A stretch of 64,000 nt of DNA from Haplodiscus bocki (taxonomy: Eukaryota), in assembly GCA_965655095.1 (NCBI GenBank), contig OZ296648.1, forward strand, positions 22,940,001 through 23,004,000, read 5' to 3'. Made by a program: the position numbers and the translations under genes. Every line of letters begins with the position of its first letter. Positions within the stretch are counted from its first letter, which is position 1. This document shows, in pieces, positions 40,801 through 53,661 of the stretch. Below the pieces are notes generated by a model that made no database searches, had not been told where the DNA came from, and saw nothing but the letters and a program-made list of their open reading frames with translations.

Positions 40801-43800
40801 ACGAATGGCGGTAGCGCAGCAAGTGGTACCCATAACTCAGTTTATCAAGTCGAGTGTTTACCAAGTTCCTCTAACCAGACAGTCAACATCTAAACTCCCC
40901 CTGGAATATTTTTTCAAGAGTCGCCGTCACTGGTGATGGATGGCCAGCGGTTCACATCGGCATATTTTGAGGAAGGTTAGCCTAATTCAAAAATCTCAAG
41001 CTGAGTTGAAAATGCTCCAACACAATATCTTCAGGTCTCGACATCTCAGTTGCTCGCTTGTTCGCAACTAATGGGAAACGGCCTAAATGCAAAGAAGAGC
41101 TTCAGAAAAATTAAGTACTGTTTTTTTGATCTGATAAGTGCTTTCAACAGGCTGCTAAATTAACTTTCATTTATAGATGAAGCAATGATTGACTAACACG
41201 GTCACTATGCAAAACACCATGTTTGAGAAAGGGCCCACAAAAACCAACAAACAGACCATCCGATGACTCTTCCCAAAGGTTTGCCCGGCAAAGTGGTAGA
41301 GGACAACGCCACGTCCAAATATGTCAGCCACCAGTTACTTTCTCATTCAACCAAAAGAATTAACCAAGGACAAGAACTTTTCCTTGAGTATGGCAGCGAA
41401 TTCTGGAAGGTAAGTTCATACGCTTAGTTCACAAATGTCATACGCTTAGCATAGCCAAAAAATACGTAGCACCAAAACTCTGGCTAAAGCCATTGAATTT
41501 TGGAGCCATGCATTTTTTTCAGTCTCCTCATACGCAAGCTAAAAAATTTCTATACGTTTCGAATTCAATTTTCATACGCTTAGATTCCAATTCCATACGC
41601 TTAGCGTCAAATTGCATACGTTTAGCCTCAACTAATCCGAACTTTTGCAGATTGACTGGATTTGCAATTATGAAGCGAAACTCTAAAGCTTCTATTCAAC
41701 GTCAAGAGAGACAGGCAGCTCTCGATGCCAAGAGGCTGAGGCAAGATGCAAGCGATGAAAGTGTGAGTACAAGGGCGGATGGAAACGCTGAGAGCTGATG
41801 AATTGAAAAATCGCATTATTGAGGATGAGGTATTCTTGAGCAAACAAAATGGATGGAGTCGTCTTACACTGGTTGACAAATTTTTGACATCAGCAACAAG
41901 ACCCCAGCGAATCCCACTGTACTTGGTTTTTGACATCAAATCAAGCCGTAAGAAAACTGCTAGGGCACCCATTGGCACAGTCAAACGAATGGCGGTAGCG
42001 CAGCAAGTGGTACCCATAACTCAGTTTATCAAGTCGAGTGTTTACCAAGTTCCTCTAACCAGACAGTCAACATCTAAACTCCCCCTGGAATATTTTTTCA
42101 AGAGTCGCCGTCACTGGTGATGGATGGCCAGCGGTTCACATCGGCATATTTTGAGGAAGGTTAGCCTAATTCAAAAATCTCAAGCTGAGTTGAAAATGCT
42201 CCAACACAATATCTTCAGGTCTCGACATCTCAGTTGCTCGCTTGTTCGCAACTAATGGGAAACGGCCTAAATGCAAAGAAGAGCTTCAGAAAAATTAGGT
42301 AGTTTTTTTGATCTGATAAGTGCTTTCAACAGGCTGCTAAATTAACTTTCATTTATAGATGAAGCAATGATTGACTGACACGGTCACTATGCAAAACACC
42401 ATGTTTGAGAAAGGGGCCACAAAAACCAACAAACAGACCATCCGATGACTCTTCCCAAAGGTTTGCCCGGCAAAGTGGTAGAGGACAACGCCACGTCCAA
42501 ATATGTCAGCCACCAGTTACTTTCTCATTCAACCAAAAGAATTAACCAAGGACAAGAACTTTTCTTTGAGTATGGCAGCGAATTCTGGAAGGTAAGTTCA
42601 TACGCTTAGTTCACAAATGTCATACGCTTAGCATAGCCAAAAAATACGTAGCACCAAAACTCTGGCTAAAGCCATTGAATTTTGGAGCCATGCATTTTTT
42701 TAAGTCTCCTCATACGCAAGCTAAAAAATTTCTACACGTTTCGAATTCAATTTTCATACGCTTAGATTCCAATTCCATACGCTTAGCCTCAAATTGCATA
42801 CGTTTAGCCTCAACTAATCCGAACTTTTTCAGATTGACTGGATTTGCAATTATGAAGCGAAACTCTAAAGCTTCTATTCAACGTCAAGAGAGACAGGCAG
42901 CTCTCGATGCCAAGAGGCTGAGGCAAGATGCAAGCGATGAAAGTGTGAGTACAAGGGCGGATGGAAACGCTGAGAGCTGATGAATTGAAAAATCGCATTA
43001 TTGAGGATGAGGTACTCTTGAGCAAACAAAATGGGTGGAGTCGTCTTACACTGGTTGACAAATTTTTGACATCACCAACAAGACCCCAGCGAATCCCACT
43101 GTACTTGGTTTTTGACATCAAATCAAGCCGTAAGAAAACTGCTAGGGCACCCATTGGCACAGTCAAACGAATGGCGGTAGCGCAGCAAGTGGTACCCATA
43201 ACTCAGTTTATCAAGTCGAGTGTTTACCAAGTTCCTCTAACCAGACAGTCAACATCTAAACTCCCCCTGGAATATTTTTTCAAGAGTCGCCGTCACTGGT
43301 GATGGATGGCCAGCGGTTCACATCGGCATATTTTGAGGAAGGTTAGCCTAATTCAAAAATCTCAAGCTGAGTTGAAAATGCTCCAACACAATATCTTCAG
43401 GTCTCGACATCTCAGTTGCTCGCTTGTTCGCAACTAATGGGAAACGGCCTAAATGCAAAGAAGAGCTTCAGAAAAATTAAGTACTGTTTTTTTGATCTGA
43501 TAAGTGCTTTCAACAGGCTGCTAAATTAACTTTCATTTATAGATGAAGCAATGATTGACTAACACGGTCACTATGCAAAACACCATGTTTGAGAAAGGGG
43601 CCACAAAAACCAACAAACAGACCATCCGATGACTCTTCCCAAAGGTTTGCCCGGCAAAGTGGTAGAGGACAACGCCACGTCCAAATATGTCAGCCACCAG
43701 TTACTTTCTCATTCAACCAAAAGAATTAACCAAGGACAAGAACTTTTCCTTGAGTATGGCAGCGAATTCTGGAAGGTAAGTTCATACGCTTAGTTCACAA

Positions 43801-46139
43801 ATGTCATACGCTTAGCATAGCCAAAAAATACGTAGCACCAAAACTCTGGCTAAAGCCATTGAATTTTGGAGCCATGCATTTTTTTAAGTCTCCTCATACG
43901 CAAGCTAAAAAATTTCTACACGTTTCGAATTCAATTTTCATACGCTTAGATTCCAATTCCATACGCTTAGCCTCAAATTGCATACGTTTAGCCTCAACTA
44001 ATCCGAACTTTTTCAGATTGACTGGATTTGCAATTATGAAGCGAAACTCTAAAGCTTCTATTCAACGTCAAGAGAGACAGGCAGCTCTCGATGCCAAGAG
44101 GCTGAGGCAAGATGCAAGCGATGAAAGTGTGAGTACAAGGGCGGATGGAAACGCTGAGAGCTGATGAATTGAAAAATCGCATTATTGAGGATGAGGTATT
44201 CTTGAGCAAACAAAATGGATGGAGTCGTCTTACACTGGTTGACAAATTTTTGACATCAGCAACAAGACCCCAGCGAATCCCACTGTACTTGGTTTTTGAC
44301 ATCAAATCAAGCCGTAAGAAAACTGCTAGGGCACCCATTGGCACAGTCAAACGAATGGCGGTAGCGCAGCAAGTGGTACCCATAACTCAGTTTATCAAGT
44401 CGAGTGTTTACCAAGTTCCTCTAACCAGACAGTCAACATCTAAACTCCCCCTGGAATATTTTTTCCAGAGTCGCCGTCACTGGTGATGGATGGCCAGCGG
44501 TTCACATCGGCATATTTTGAGGAAGGTTAGCCTAATTCAAAAATCTCAAGCTGAGTTGAAAATGCTCCAACACAATATCTTCAGGTCTCGACATCTCAGT
44601 TGCTCGCTTGTTCGCAACTAATGGGAAACGGCCTAAATGCAAAGAAGAGCTTCAGAAAAATTAGGTAGTTTTTTTGATCTGATAAGTGCTTTCAACAGGC
44701 TGCTAAATTAACTTTCATTTATAGATGAAGCAATGATTGACTAACACGGTCACTATGCAAAACACCATGTTTGAGAAAGGGGCCACAAAAACCAACAAAC
44801 AGACCATCCGATGACTCTTCCCAAAGGTTTGACCGGCAAAGTGGTAGAGGACAACGCCACGTCCAAATATGTCAGCCACCAGTTACTTTCTCATTCAACC
44901 AAAAGAATTAACCAAGGACAAGAACTTTTCTTTGAGTATGGCAGCGAATTCTGGAAGGTAAGTTCATACGCTTAGTTCACAAATGTCATACGCTTAGCAT
45001 AGCCAAAAAATACGTAGCACCAAAACTCTGGCTAAAGCCATTGAATTTTGGAGCCATGCATTTTTTTAAGTCTCCTCATACGCAAGCTAAAAAATTTCTA
45101 CACGTTTCGAATTCAATTTTCATACGCTTAGATTCCAATTCCATACGCTTAGCCTCAAATTGCATACGTTTAGCCTCAACTAATCCGAACTTTTTCAGAT
45201 TGACTGGATTTGCAATTATGAAGCGAAACTCTAAAGCTTCTATTCAACGTCAAGAGAGACAGGCAGCTCTCGATGCCAAGAGGCTGAGGCAAGATGCAAG
45301 CGATGAAAGTGTGAGTACAAGGGCGGATGGAAACGCTGAGAGCTGATGAATTGAAAAATCGCATTATTGAGGATGAGGTATTCTTGAGCAAACAAAATGG
45401 GTGGAGTCGTCTTACACTGGTTGACAAATTTTTGACATCACCAACAAGACCCCAGCGAATCCCACTGTACTTGGTTTTTGACATCAAATCAAGCCGTAAG
45501 AAAACTGCTAGGGCACCCATTGGCACAGTCAAACGAATGGCGGTAGCGCAGCAAGTGGTACCCATAACTCAGTTTATCAAGTCGAGTGTTTACCAAGTTC
45601 CTCTAACCAGACAGTCAACATCTAAACTCCCCCTGGAATATTTTTTCAAGAGTCGCCGTCACTGGTGATGGATGGCCAGCGGTTCACATCGGCATATTTT
45701 GAGGAAGGTTAGCCTAATTCAAAAATCTCAAGCTGAGTTGAAAATGCTCCAACACAATATCTTCAGGTCTCGACATCTCAGTTGCTCGCTTGTTCGCAAC
45801 TAATGGGAAACGGCCTAAATGCAAAGAAGAGCTTCAGAAAAATTAGGTAGTTTTTTTGATCTGATAAGTGCTTTCAACAGGCTGCTAAATTAACTTTCAT
45901 TTATAGATGAAGCAATGATTGACTAACACGGTCACTATGCAAAACACCATGTTTGAGAAAGGGGCCACAAAAACCAACAAACAGACCATCCGATGACTCT
46001 TCCCAAAGGTTTGCCCGGCAAAGTGGTAGAGGACAACGCCACGTCCAAATATGTCAGCCACCAGTTACTTTCTCATTCAACCAAAAGAATTAACCAAGGA
46101 CAAGAACTTTTCCTTGAGTATGGCAGCGAATTCTGGAAG
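37858..46139 (+). repeat. A' subfamily: 7 monomers of 1182-1184 bp with an extra 18-bp deletion
   Basis: GAGGACAAC^GCCACGTCC lacks CACTTTGCAGCAGTCGAC. Shared variants include GTAAGTT donor, AAACGAATGG and AAGGTTTG. Spacing 39125-40309 is 1184. Confidence 0.92.
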
Positions 46140-47743
46140 GTAAGTTCATACGCTTAGTTCACAAATGTCATACGCTTAGCATAGCCAAAAAATACGTAGC
46201 ACCAAAACTCTGGCTAAAGCCATTGAATTTTGGAGCCATGCATTTTTTTCAGTCTCCTCATACGCAAGCTAAAAAATTTCTATACGTTTCGAATTCAATT
46301 TTCATACGCTTAGATTCCAATTCCATACGCTTAGCGTCAAATTGCATACGTTTAGCCTCAACTAATCCGAACTTTTTCAGATTGACTGGATTTGCAATTA
46401 TGAAGCGAAACTCTAAAGCTTCTATTCAACGTCAGAGACAGGCAGCTCTCGATGCCAAGAGGCTGAGAAAAGATGCAGAAGATGCAAGTGATGAAAATGT
46501 GAGTACAAGGGCGAAGGGAAGGCCCCTCCGAAAGTTGATGAACTGAGAAAACGAATATTGAGGACGAGTTAATCTTGAACCATCGAAATGGGTGGAGTCG
46601 TCATACACTAGTTGACAACTTTTTTACGCCACCCAACAAGTCCCACGCTAGCTCCAAAAGACTCGGTTTTTCACATCAACCCAAGCCAGAAGCGAAAACT
46701 GCTAGAAGCACCAATTGGAACGGTCAAACGGCTGGGGGAGAGCAGCAAGTGGTAACGATACCTCCGTTTATCACGAAGAGTGTTTACCAAGTTCCTCAAA
46801 CCAAACAGTCAATATCGAAGCTCCCCCTGGAAAATTTTTTTTTCAAAGTCCTCGTCACTGATGATGGATGGCCAGCGGTTACGTCGGCACACATGGAGGA
46901 AGGTAAGCTTAGCTCAACAACCTCAAACGCTCAGTTCGAAAATCTCATACGCTGAGTTCAAAAATATCATACTCTTAGTTCAAAAATCTCATACGCTTAG
47001 TTCAAAAATCTCCTACGCGCAGCATACCCAAAAACGCTTAGCACCAAAACTCATTGGTTAATGACACAAGCTTCGGTTTCAATTTCATACGCTTAGCCTC
47101 AAATTGTATACTCTGATTTTTTGCTGGACGCAAACGGTAGGTTCAAAAATTTGAGAATAATGAGCTCAGAAACATGTGTTGCGGTTAAGCAAGCACTTCA
47201 ACCTGCATCAATTGTACGACACTGCAAACAAATGAAAAAGGCTGATAAGACCTCTAGCAGTCCCACTTCCAACCTTTGACACCGTTGTCAACTGGTTTCG
47301 CGATGAAATTTGGAGAGTTAGAAGTGTGTTTCTTCGACAAAAACCTCCCCGAGCGCGTGAGTAAGCAGACGCATGGAGCAGTAGTTGAAATGAAACGAAC
47401 AGAACTAATGGGAAACTGCCTATTTGCAGAGAAGAGTTTAAGAAAGGTTAATTACTGTTTTTTTTGCTCTGATAAGTGCTTTCAAGCTGCTAAAGTAACT
47501 TTCATTTATAGAAGAAGCTATGATTGACTAACACGGTCACTGTGCAAAAACTATGTTTGGGAAAGGGGCCAAAGAAGCCGAGAAACAGACCATCCGATGA
47601 CTCTTCCCAAAGGTTTGCCCGGCAAAGTGGTAGAGGACAACGCCACGTCCAAATATGTCAGCCACCAGTTACTTTCTCATTCAACCAAAAGAATTAACCA
47701 AGGACAAGAACTTTTCTTTGAGTATGGCAGCGAATTCTGGAAG
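46140..47743 (+). repeat. Class C composite monomer 1 (1604 bp)
   Basis: A' linker and 5' end, then divergent exon (NHRNGWSRHTLVDNF...VLVTDDGWPAVTSAHMEEG), minisatellite intron, B-type pre-SET exon, and A'-type deleted SET core. Confidence 0.9.
46925..47042 (+). repeat. 22-bp minisatellite (CATACGCTTAGTTCAAAAATCT) in the C-monomer intron
   Basis: About 4-5 tandem degenerate copies following the GAAG|GTAAGC donor; repeated in all four C monomers. Confidence 0.9.
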
Positions 47744-49185
47744 GTAAGTTCATACGCTTAGTTCACAAATGTCATACGCTTAGCATAGCCAAAAAATACG
47801 TAGCACCAAAACTCTGGCTAAAGCCATTGAATTTTGGAGCCATGCATTTTTTTAAGTCTCCTCATACGCAAGCTAAAAAATTTCTACACGTTTCGAATTC
47901 AATTTTCATACGCTTAGATTCCAATTCCATACGCTTAGCCTCAAATTGCATACGTTTAGCCTCAACTAATCCGAACTTTTTCAGATTGACTGGATTTGCA
48001 ATTATGAAGCGAAACTCTAAAGCTTCTATTCAACGTCAAGAGAGACAGGCAGCTCTCGATGCCAAGAGGCTGAGGCAAGATGCAAGCGATGAAAGTGTGA
48101 GTACAAGGGCGGATGGAAACGCTGAGAGCTGATGAATTGAAAAATCGCATTATTGAGGATGAGGTACTCTTGAGCAAACAAAATGGGTGGAGTCGTCTTA
48201 CACTGGTTGACAAATTTTTGACATCACCAACAAGACCCCAGCGAATCCCACTGTACTTGGTTTTTGACATCAAATCAAGCCGTAAGAAAACTGCTAGGGC
48301 ACCCATTGGCACAGTCAAACGAATGGCGGTAGCGCAGCAAGTGGTACCCATAACTCAGTTTATCAAGTCGAGTGTTTACCAAGTTCCTCTAACCAGACAG
48401 TCAACATCTAAACTCCCCCTGGAATATTTTTTCAAGAGTCGCCGTCACTGGTGATGGATGGCCAGCGGTTCACATCGGCATATTTTGAGGAAGGTTAGCC
48501 TAATTCAAAAATCTCAAGCTGAGTTGAAAATGCTCCAACACAATATCTTCAGGTCTCGACATCTCAGTTGCTCGCTTGTTCGCAACTAATGGGAAACGGC
48601 CTAAATGCAAAGAAGAGCTTCAGAAAAATTAGGTAGTTTTTTTGATCTGATAAGTGCTTTCAACAGGCTGCTAAATTAACTTTCATTTATAGATGAAGCA
48701 ATGATTGACTAACACGGTCACTATGCAAAACACCATGTTTGAGAAAGGGGCCACAAAAACCAACAAACAGACCATCCGATGACTCTTCCCAAAGGTTTGC
48801 CCGGCAAAGTGGTAGAGGACAACGCCACGTCCAAATATGTCAGCCACCAGTTACTTTCTCATTCAACCAAAAGAATTAACCAAGGACAAGAACTTTTCCT
48901 TGAGTATGGCAGCGAATTCTGGAAGGTAAGTTCATACGCTTAGTTCACAAATGTCATACGCTTAGCATAGCCAAAAAATACGTAGCACCAAAACTCTGGC
49001 TAAAGCCATTGAATTTTGGAGCCATGCATTTTTTTCAGTCTCCTCATACGCAAGCTAAAAAATTTCTATACGTTTCGAATTCAATTTTCATACGCTTAGA
49101 TTCCAATTCCATACGCTTAGCGTCAAATTGCATACGTTTAGCCTCAACTAATCCGAACTTTTTCAGATTGACTGGATTTGCAATT

Positions 49186-50633
49186 ATGAAGCGAAACTCT
49201 AAAGCTTCTATTCAACGTCAGAGACAGGCAGCTCTCGATGCCAAGAGGCTGAGAAAAGATGCAGAAGATGCAAGTGATGAAAATGTGAGTACAAGGGCGA
49301 AGGGAAGGCCCCTCCGAAAGTTGATGAACTGAGAAAACGAATATTGAGGACGAGTTAATCTTGAACCATCGAAATGGGTGGAGTCGTCATACACTAGTTG
49401 ACAACTTTTTTACGCCACCCAACAAGTCCCACGCTAGCTCCAAAAGACTCGGTTTTTCACATCAACCCAAGCCAGAAGCGAAAACTGCTAGAAGCACCAA
49501 TTGGAACGGTCAAACGGCTGGGGGAGAGCAGCAAGTGGTAACGATACCTCCGTTTATCACGAAGAGTGTTTACCAAGTTCCTCAAACCAAACAGTCAATA
49601 TCGAAGCTCCCCCTGGAAAATTTTTTTTTCAAAGTCCTCGTCACTGATGATGGATGGCCAGCGGTTACGTCGGCACACATGGAGGAAGGTAAGCTTAGCT
49701 CAACAACCTCAAACGCTCAGTTCGAAAATCTCATACGCTGAGTTCAAAAATATCATACTCTTAGTTCAAAAATCTCATACGCTTAGTTCAAAAATCTCCT
49801 ACGCGCAGCATACCCAAAAACGCTTAGCACCAAAACTCATTGGTTAATGCCACAAGCTTCGGTTTCAATTTCATACGCTTAGCCTCAAATTGTATACTCT
49901 GATTTTTTGCTGGACGCAAACGGTAGGTTCAAAAATTTGAGAATAATGAGCTCAGAAACATGTGTTGCGGTTAAGCAAGCACTTCAACCTGCATCAATTG
50001 TACGACACTGCAAACAAATGAAAAAGGCTGATAAGACCTCTAGCAGTCCCACTTCCAACCTTTGACACCGTTGTCAACTGGTTTCGCGATGAAATTTGGA
50101 GAGTTAGAAGTGTGTTTCTTCGACAAAAACCTCCCCGAGCGCGTGAGTAAGCAGACGCATGGAGCAGTAGTTGAAATGAAACGAACAGAACTAATGGGAA
50201 ACTGCCTATTTGCAGAGAAGAGTTTAAGAAAGGTTAATTACTGTTTTTTTTGCTCTGATAAGTGCTTTCAAGCTGCTAAAGTAACTTTCATTTATAGAAG
50301 AAGCTATGATTGACTAACACGGTCACTGTGCAAAAACTATGTTTGGGAAAGGGGCCAAAGAAGCCGAGAAACAGACCATCCGATGACTCTTCCCAAAGGC
50401 CTGCCCGGGGCCGTGGTAGAGGGCAACCACTTCGCATCAGTCGACGCCACGTCCAAATGTGTCTGCCATCAGTTACTCCCCTTGGCAGATACATCAATCA
50501 CAGCAGCCAGCCTAACTTAATACACGTAGCTTACCACACAGAAGCTGGGTTTGACTTCACTGCCTTTCATGCAACCAAGAGAAATAACCACGGACAAGAA
50601 CTTTTCTTTGCATACGGCAGCGAGTTTTGGAAA
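49186..50633 (+). pseudogene. Longest colinear SET methyltransferase pseudogene copy (C monomer 2, 48926-50633)
   Basis: ATG at 49186 follows TTTTTCAG (ending 49166); donor at 49689. Then VVEMKRTELMGNCLFAEKSLRK and PLGRYINHSSQPNLIHVAYHTEAGFDFTAFHATKRNNHGQELFFAYGSEFW. Multiple frameshifts and an in-frame TAA. Confidence 0.8.
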
Positions 50634-52479
50634 GTTAGTTCATACGTTTAGTTCAAAAATCTCATACGCTTAGCATACCCAAAAAATGCTTAGCACCAAA
50701 ACTCAATGGCAGACACTATCGAGTTTACGCGCTAGGTGTTTTTTCCACTCGCAAACGCTTACCCAAAAAGTTTCCACACGCGTCGGTTGCAACTTAATAC
50801 GCTTAGCCTCAAACTTCATACTCTGATTTCTTGCTGGACGCAAACGGTAGGTTCAAAAATTTGAGAATAATGAGCTCAGAAATATGTGTTGCGGTTAAGC
50901 AAGCACTTCAACCTGCATCAATTGTACGACACTGCAAACAATTGAAAAAGGCTGATAAGACCTCTAGCAGTCCCACTTCCAACCTTCGACACCGTTGTCA
51001 ACTGGTTTCGCGATGAAATTTGGAGAGTTAGAAGTGTGTTTCTTCGACAAAAACCTCCCCGAGCGCGTGAGTAAGCAGACGCATGAAGCAGTAGTTGAAA
51101 TGAAACGAACAAAACTAATGGGAAACTGCTTATTTGCAGAGAAGAGTTTAAGAAAGGTTAATTACGGTTTTTTTTTTGCTCTGATAAGTGCTTTCAAGCT
51201 GCTAAAGTAACTTTCATTTATAGAAGAAGCTATGATTGACTAACACGGTCACTGTGCAAAAACTATGTTTGGGAAAGGGGCCAAAGAAGCCGAGAAACAG
51301 ACCATCCGATGACTCTTCCCAAAGGCCTGCCCGGGACCGTGGTAGAGGGTAACCACTTCGCATCAGTCGACGCCACGTCCAAATGTGTCTGCCATCAGTT
51401 ACTCCCCTTGGCAGATACATCAATCACAGCAGCCAGCCTAACTTAATACACGTAGCTTACCACACACAAGCTGGGTTTGACTTCACTGCCTTTCATGCAA
51501 CCAAGAGAAATAACCACGGACAAGAACTTTTTGAATACGGCAGCGAGTTTTGGAATGTTAGTTCATACGTTTAGTTCAAAAATTTCATACGCTTAGCAAA
51601 CCCAAAAAATGCTTAGCACCAAAACTCAATGGCAGACACTATGGAGTTTAAGCGCTAGGTGTTTTTTCCACTCGCAAACGCTTACCCAAAAAGTTTCCAC
51701 ACGCGTCGGTTGCAACTTCATACGCTTAGCCTCAAATTGCATACTCTGAATTTTTGCTGGACGCATACGGTAGGTTCAAAAATGTGAGAATATTGAGCTC
51801 AGAAACTTGTGTTGCGGTTGAGCAAGCACTTCAACCTGCATCAATTGTATGACACTGCAAACAATTGAAAATGGCTGATACAACCTCTAGCAGTCACACT
51901 TCCAACCTTTGACATCGTTGTCAACTGGTTTCGCGATGAAAGTTGGAGAGTTAGAAGTGTGTTTCTTCGACAAAAACCTCCCCGAGCGCGTGAGTAAGCA
52001 GACGCATGAAGCAGTAGTTGAAATGAAACGAACAGAACTAATGGGAAACTTCCTATTTGCAGAGAAGAGTTTAAGAAAGGTTAATTACGGTTTTTTTGCT
52101 CTGATAAGTGCTTTCAAGCTGCTAAAGTAACTTTCATTTATAGAAGAAGCTATGATTGACTAACACGGTCACTGTGCAAAAACTATGTTTGGGAAAGGGG
52201 CCAAAGAAGCCGAGAAACAGACCATCCGATGACTCTTCCCAAAGACCTGCCCGGGACCGTGGTAGAGGGCAACCACTTCGCATCAGTCGACGCCACGTCC
52301 AAATGTGTCTGCCATCAGTTACTCCCCTTGGCAGATACATCAATCACAGCAGCCAGCCTAACTTAATACACGTAGCTTACCACACAGAAGCTGGGTTTGA
52401 CTTCACTGCCTTTCATGCAACCAAGAGAAATAACCACGGACAAGAACTTTTCCTTGAGTACGGCAGCGAATTCTGGAAG
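50634..52479 (+). repeat. Two class B monomers (923 bp each)
   Basis: B-type ORFs at 50995/51383 and 51909/52156, both with RYINHSSQPN. Confidence 0.92.
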
Positions 52480-53661
52480 GTTAGTTCATACGCTTAGTTC
52501 AAGAATGTCATACGCTTAGCATAGCCAAAAAATACGTAACACCAAAACTCTGGCTAAAGCCATTGAATTTTGGAGCCATGCATTTTTTTCAGTCTCCTCA
52601 TACGCAAGCTAAAAAATTTCTATACGTTTCGAATTCAATTTTCATACGCTTAGATTCCAATTCCATACGCTTAGCCTCAAATTGCATACGTTTAGCCTCA
52701 ACTAATCCGAACTTTTTCAGATTGACTGGATTTGCAATTATGAAGCGAAACTCTAAAGCTTCTATTCAACGTCAAGAGAGACAGGCAGCTCTCGATGCCA
52801 AGAGGCTGAGGCAAGATGCAAGCGATGAAAGTGTGAGTACAAGGGCGGATGGAAACGCTGAGAGCTGATGAATTGAAAAATCGCATTATTGAGGATGAGG
52901 TATTCTTGAGCAAACAAAATGGGTGGAGTCGTCTTACACTGGTTGACAAATTTTTGACATCACCAACAAGACCCCAGCGAATCCCACTGTACTTGGTTTT
53001 TGACATCAAATCAAGCCGTAAGAAAACTGCTAGGGCACCCATTGGCACAGTCAAACGAATGGCGGTAGCGCAGCAAGTGGTACCCATAACTCAGTTTATC
53101 AAGTCGAGTGTTTACCAAGTTCCTCTAACCAGACAGTCAACATCTAAACTCCCCCTGGAATATTTTTTCAAGAGTCGCCGTCACTGGTGATGGATGGCCA
53201 GCGGTTCACATCGGCATATTTTGAGGAAGGTTAGCCTAATTCAAAAATCTCAAGCTGAGTTGAAAATGCTCCAACACAATATCTTCAGGTCTCGACATCT
53301 CAGTTGCTCGCTTGTTCGCAACTAATGGGAAACGGCCTAAATGCAAAGAAGAGCTTCAGAAAAATTAGGTAGTTTTTTTGATCTGATAAGTGCTTTCAAC
53401 AGGCTGCTAAATTAACTTTCATTTATAGATGAAGCAATGATTGACTAACACGGTCACTATGCAAAACACCATGTTTGAGAAAGGGGCCACAAAAACCAAC
53501 AAACAGACCATCCGATGACTCTTCCCAAAGGTTTGCCCGGCAAAGTGGTAGAGGACAACGCCACGTCCAAATATGTCAGCCACCAGTTACTTTCTCATTC
53601 AACCAAAAGAATTAACCAAGGACAAGAACTTTTCCTTGAGTATGGCAGCGAATTCTGGAAG

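Larger units (their letters stand above)
2819..46139 (+). repeat. 36 consecutive class A monomers (~1182-1213 bp), SET pseudogene lacking the RYINHS segment
   Basis: MNF/MHL ORF starts at 2902, 4114, 5326 ... 45041, with spacings of about 1182-1213 bp. Confidence 0.97.
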
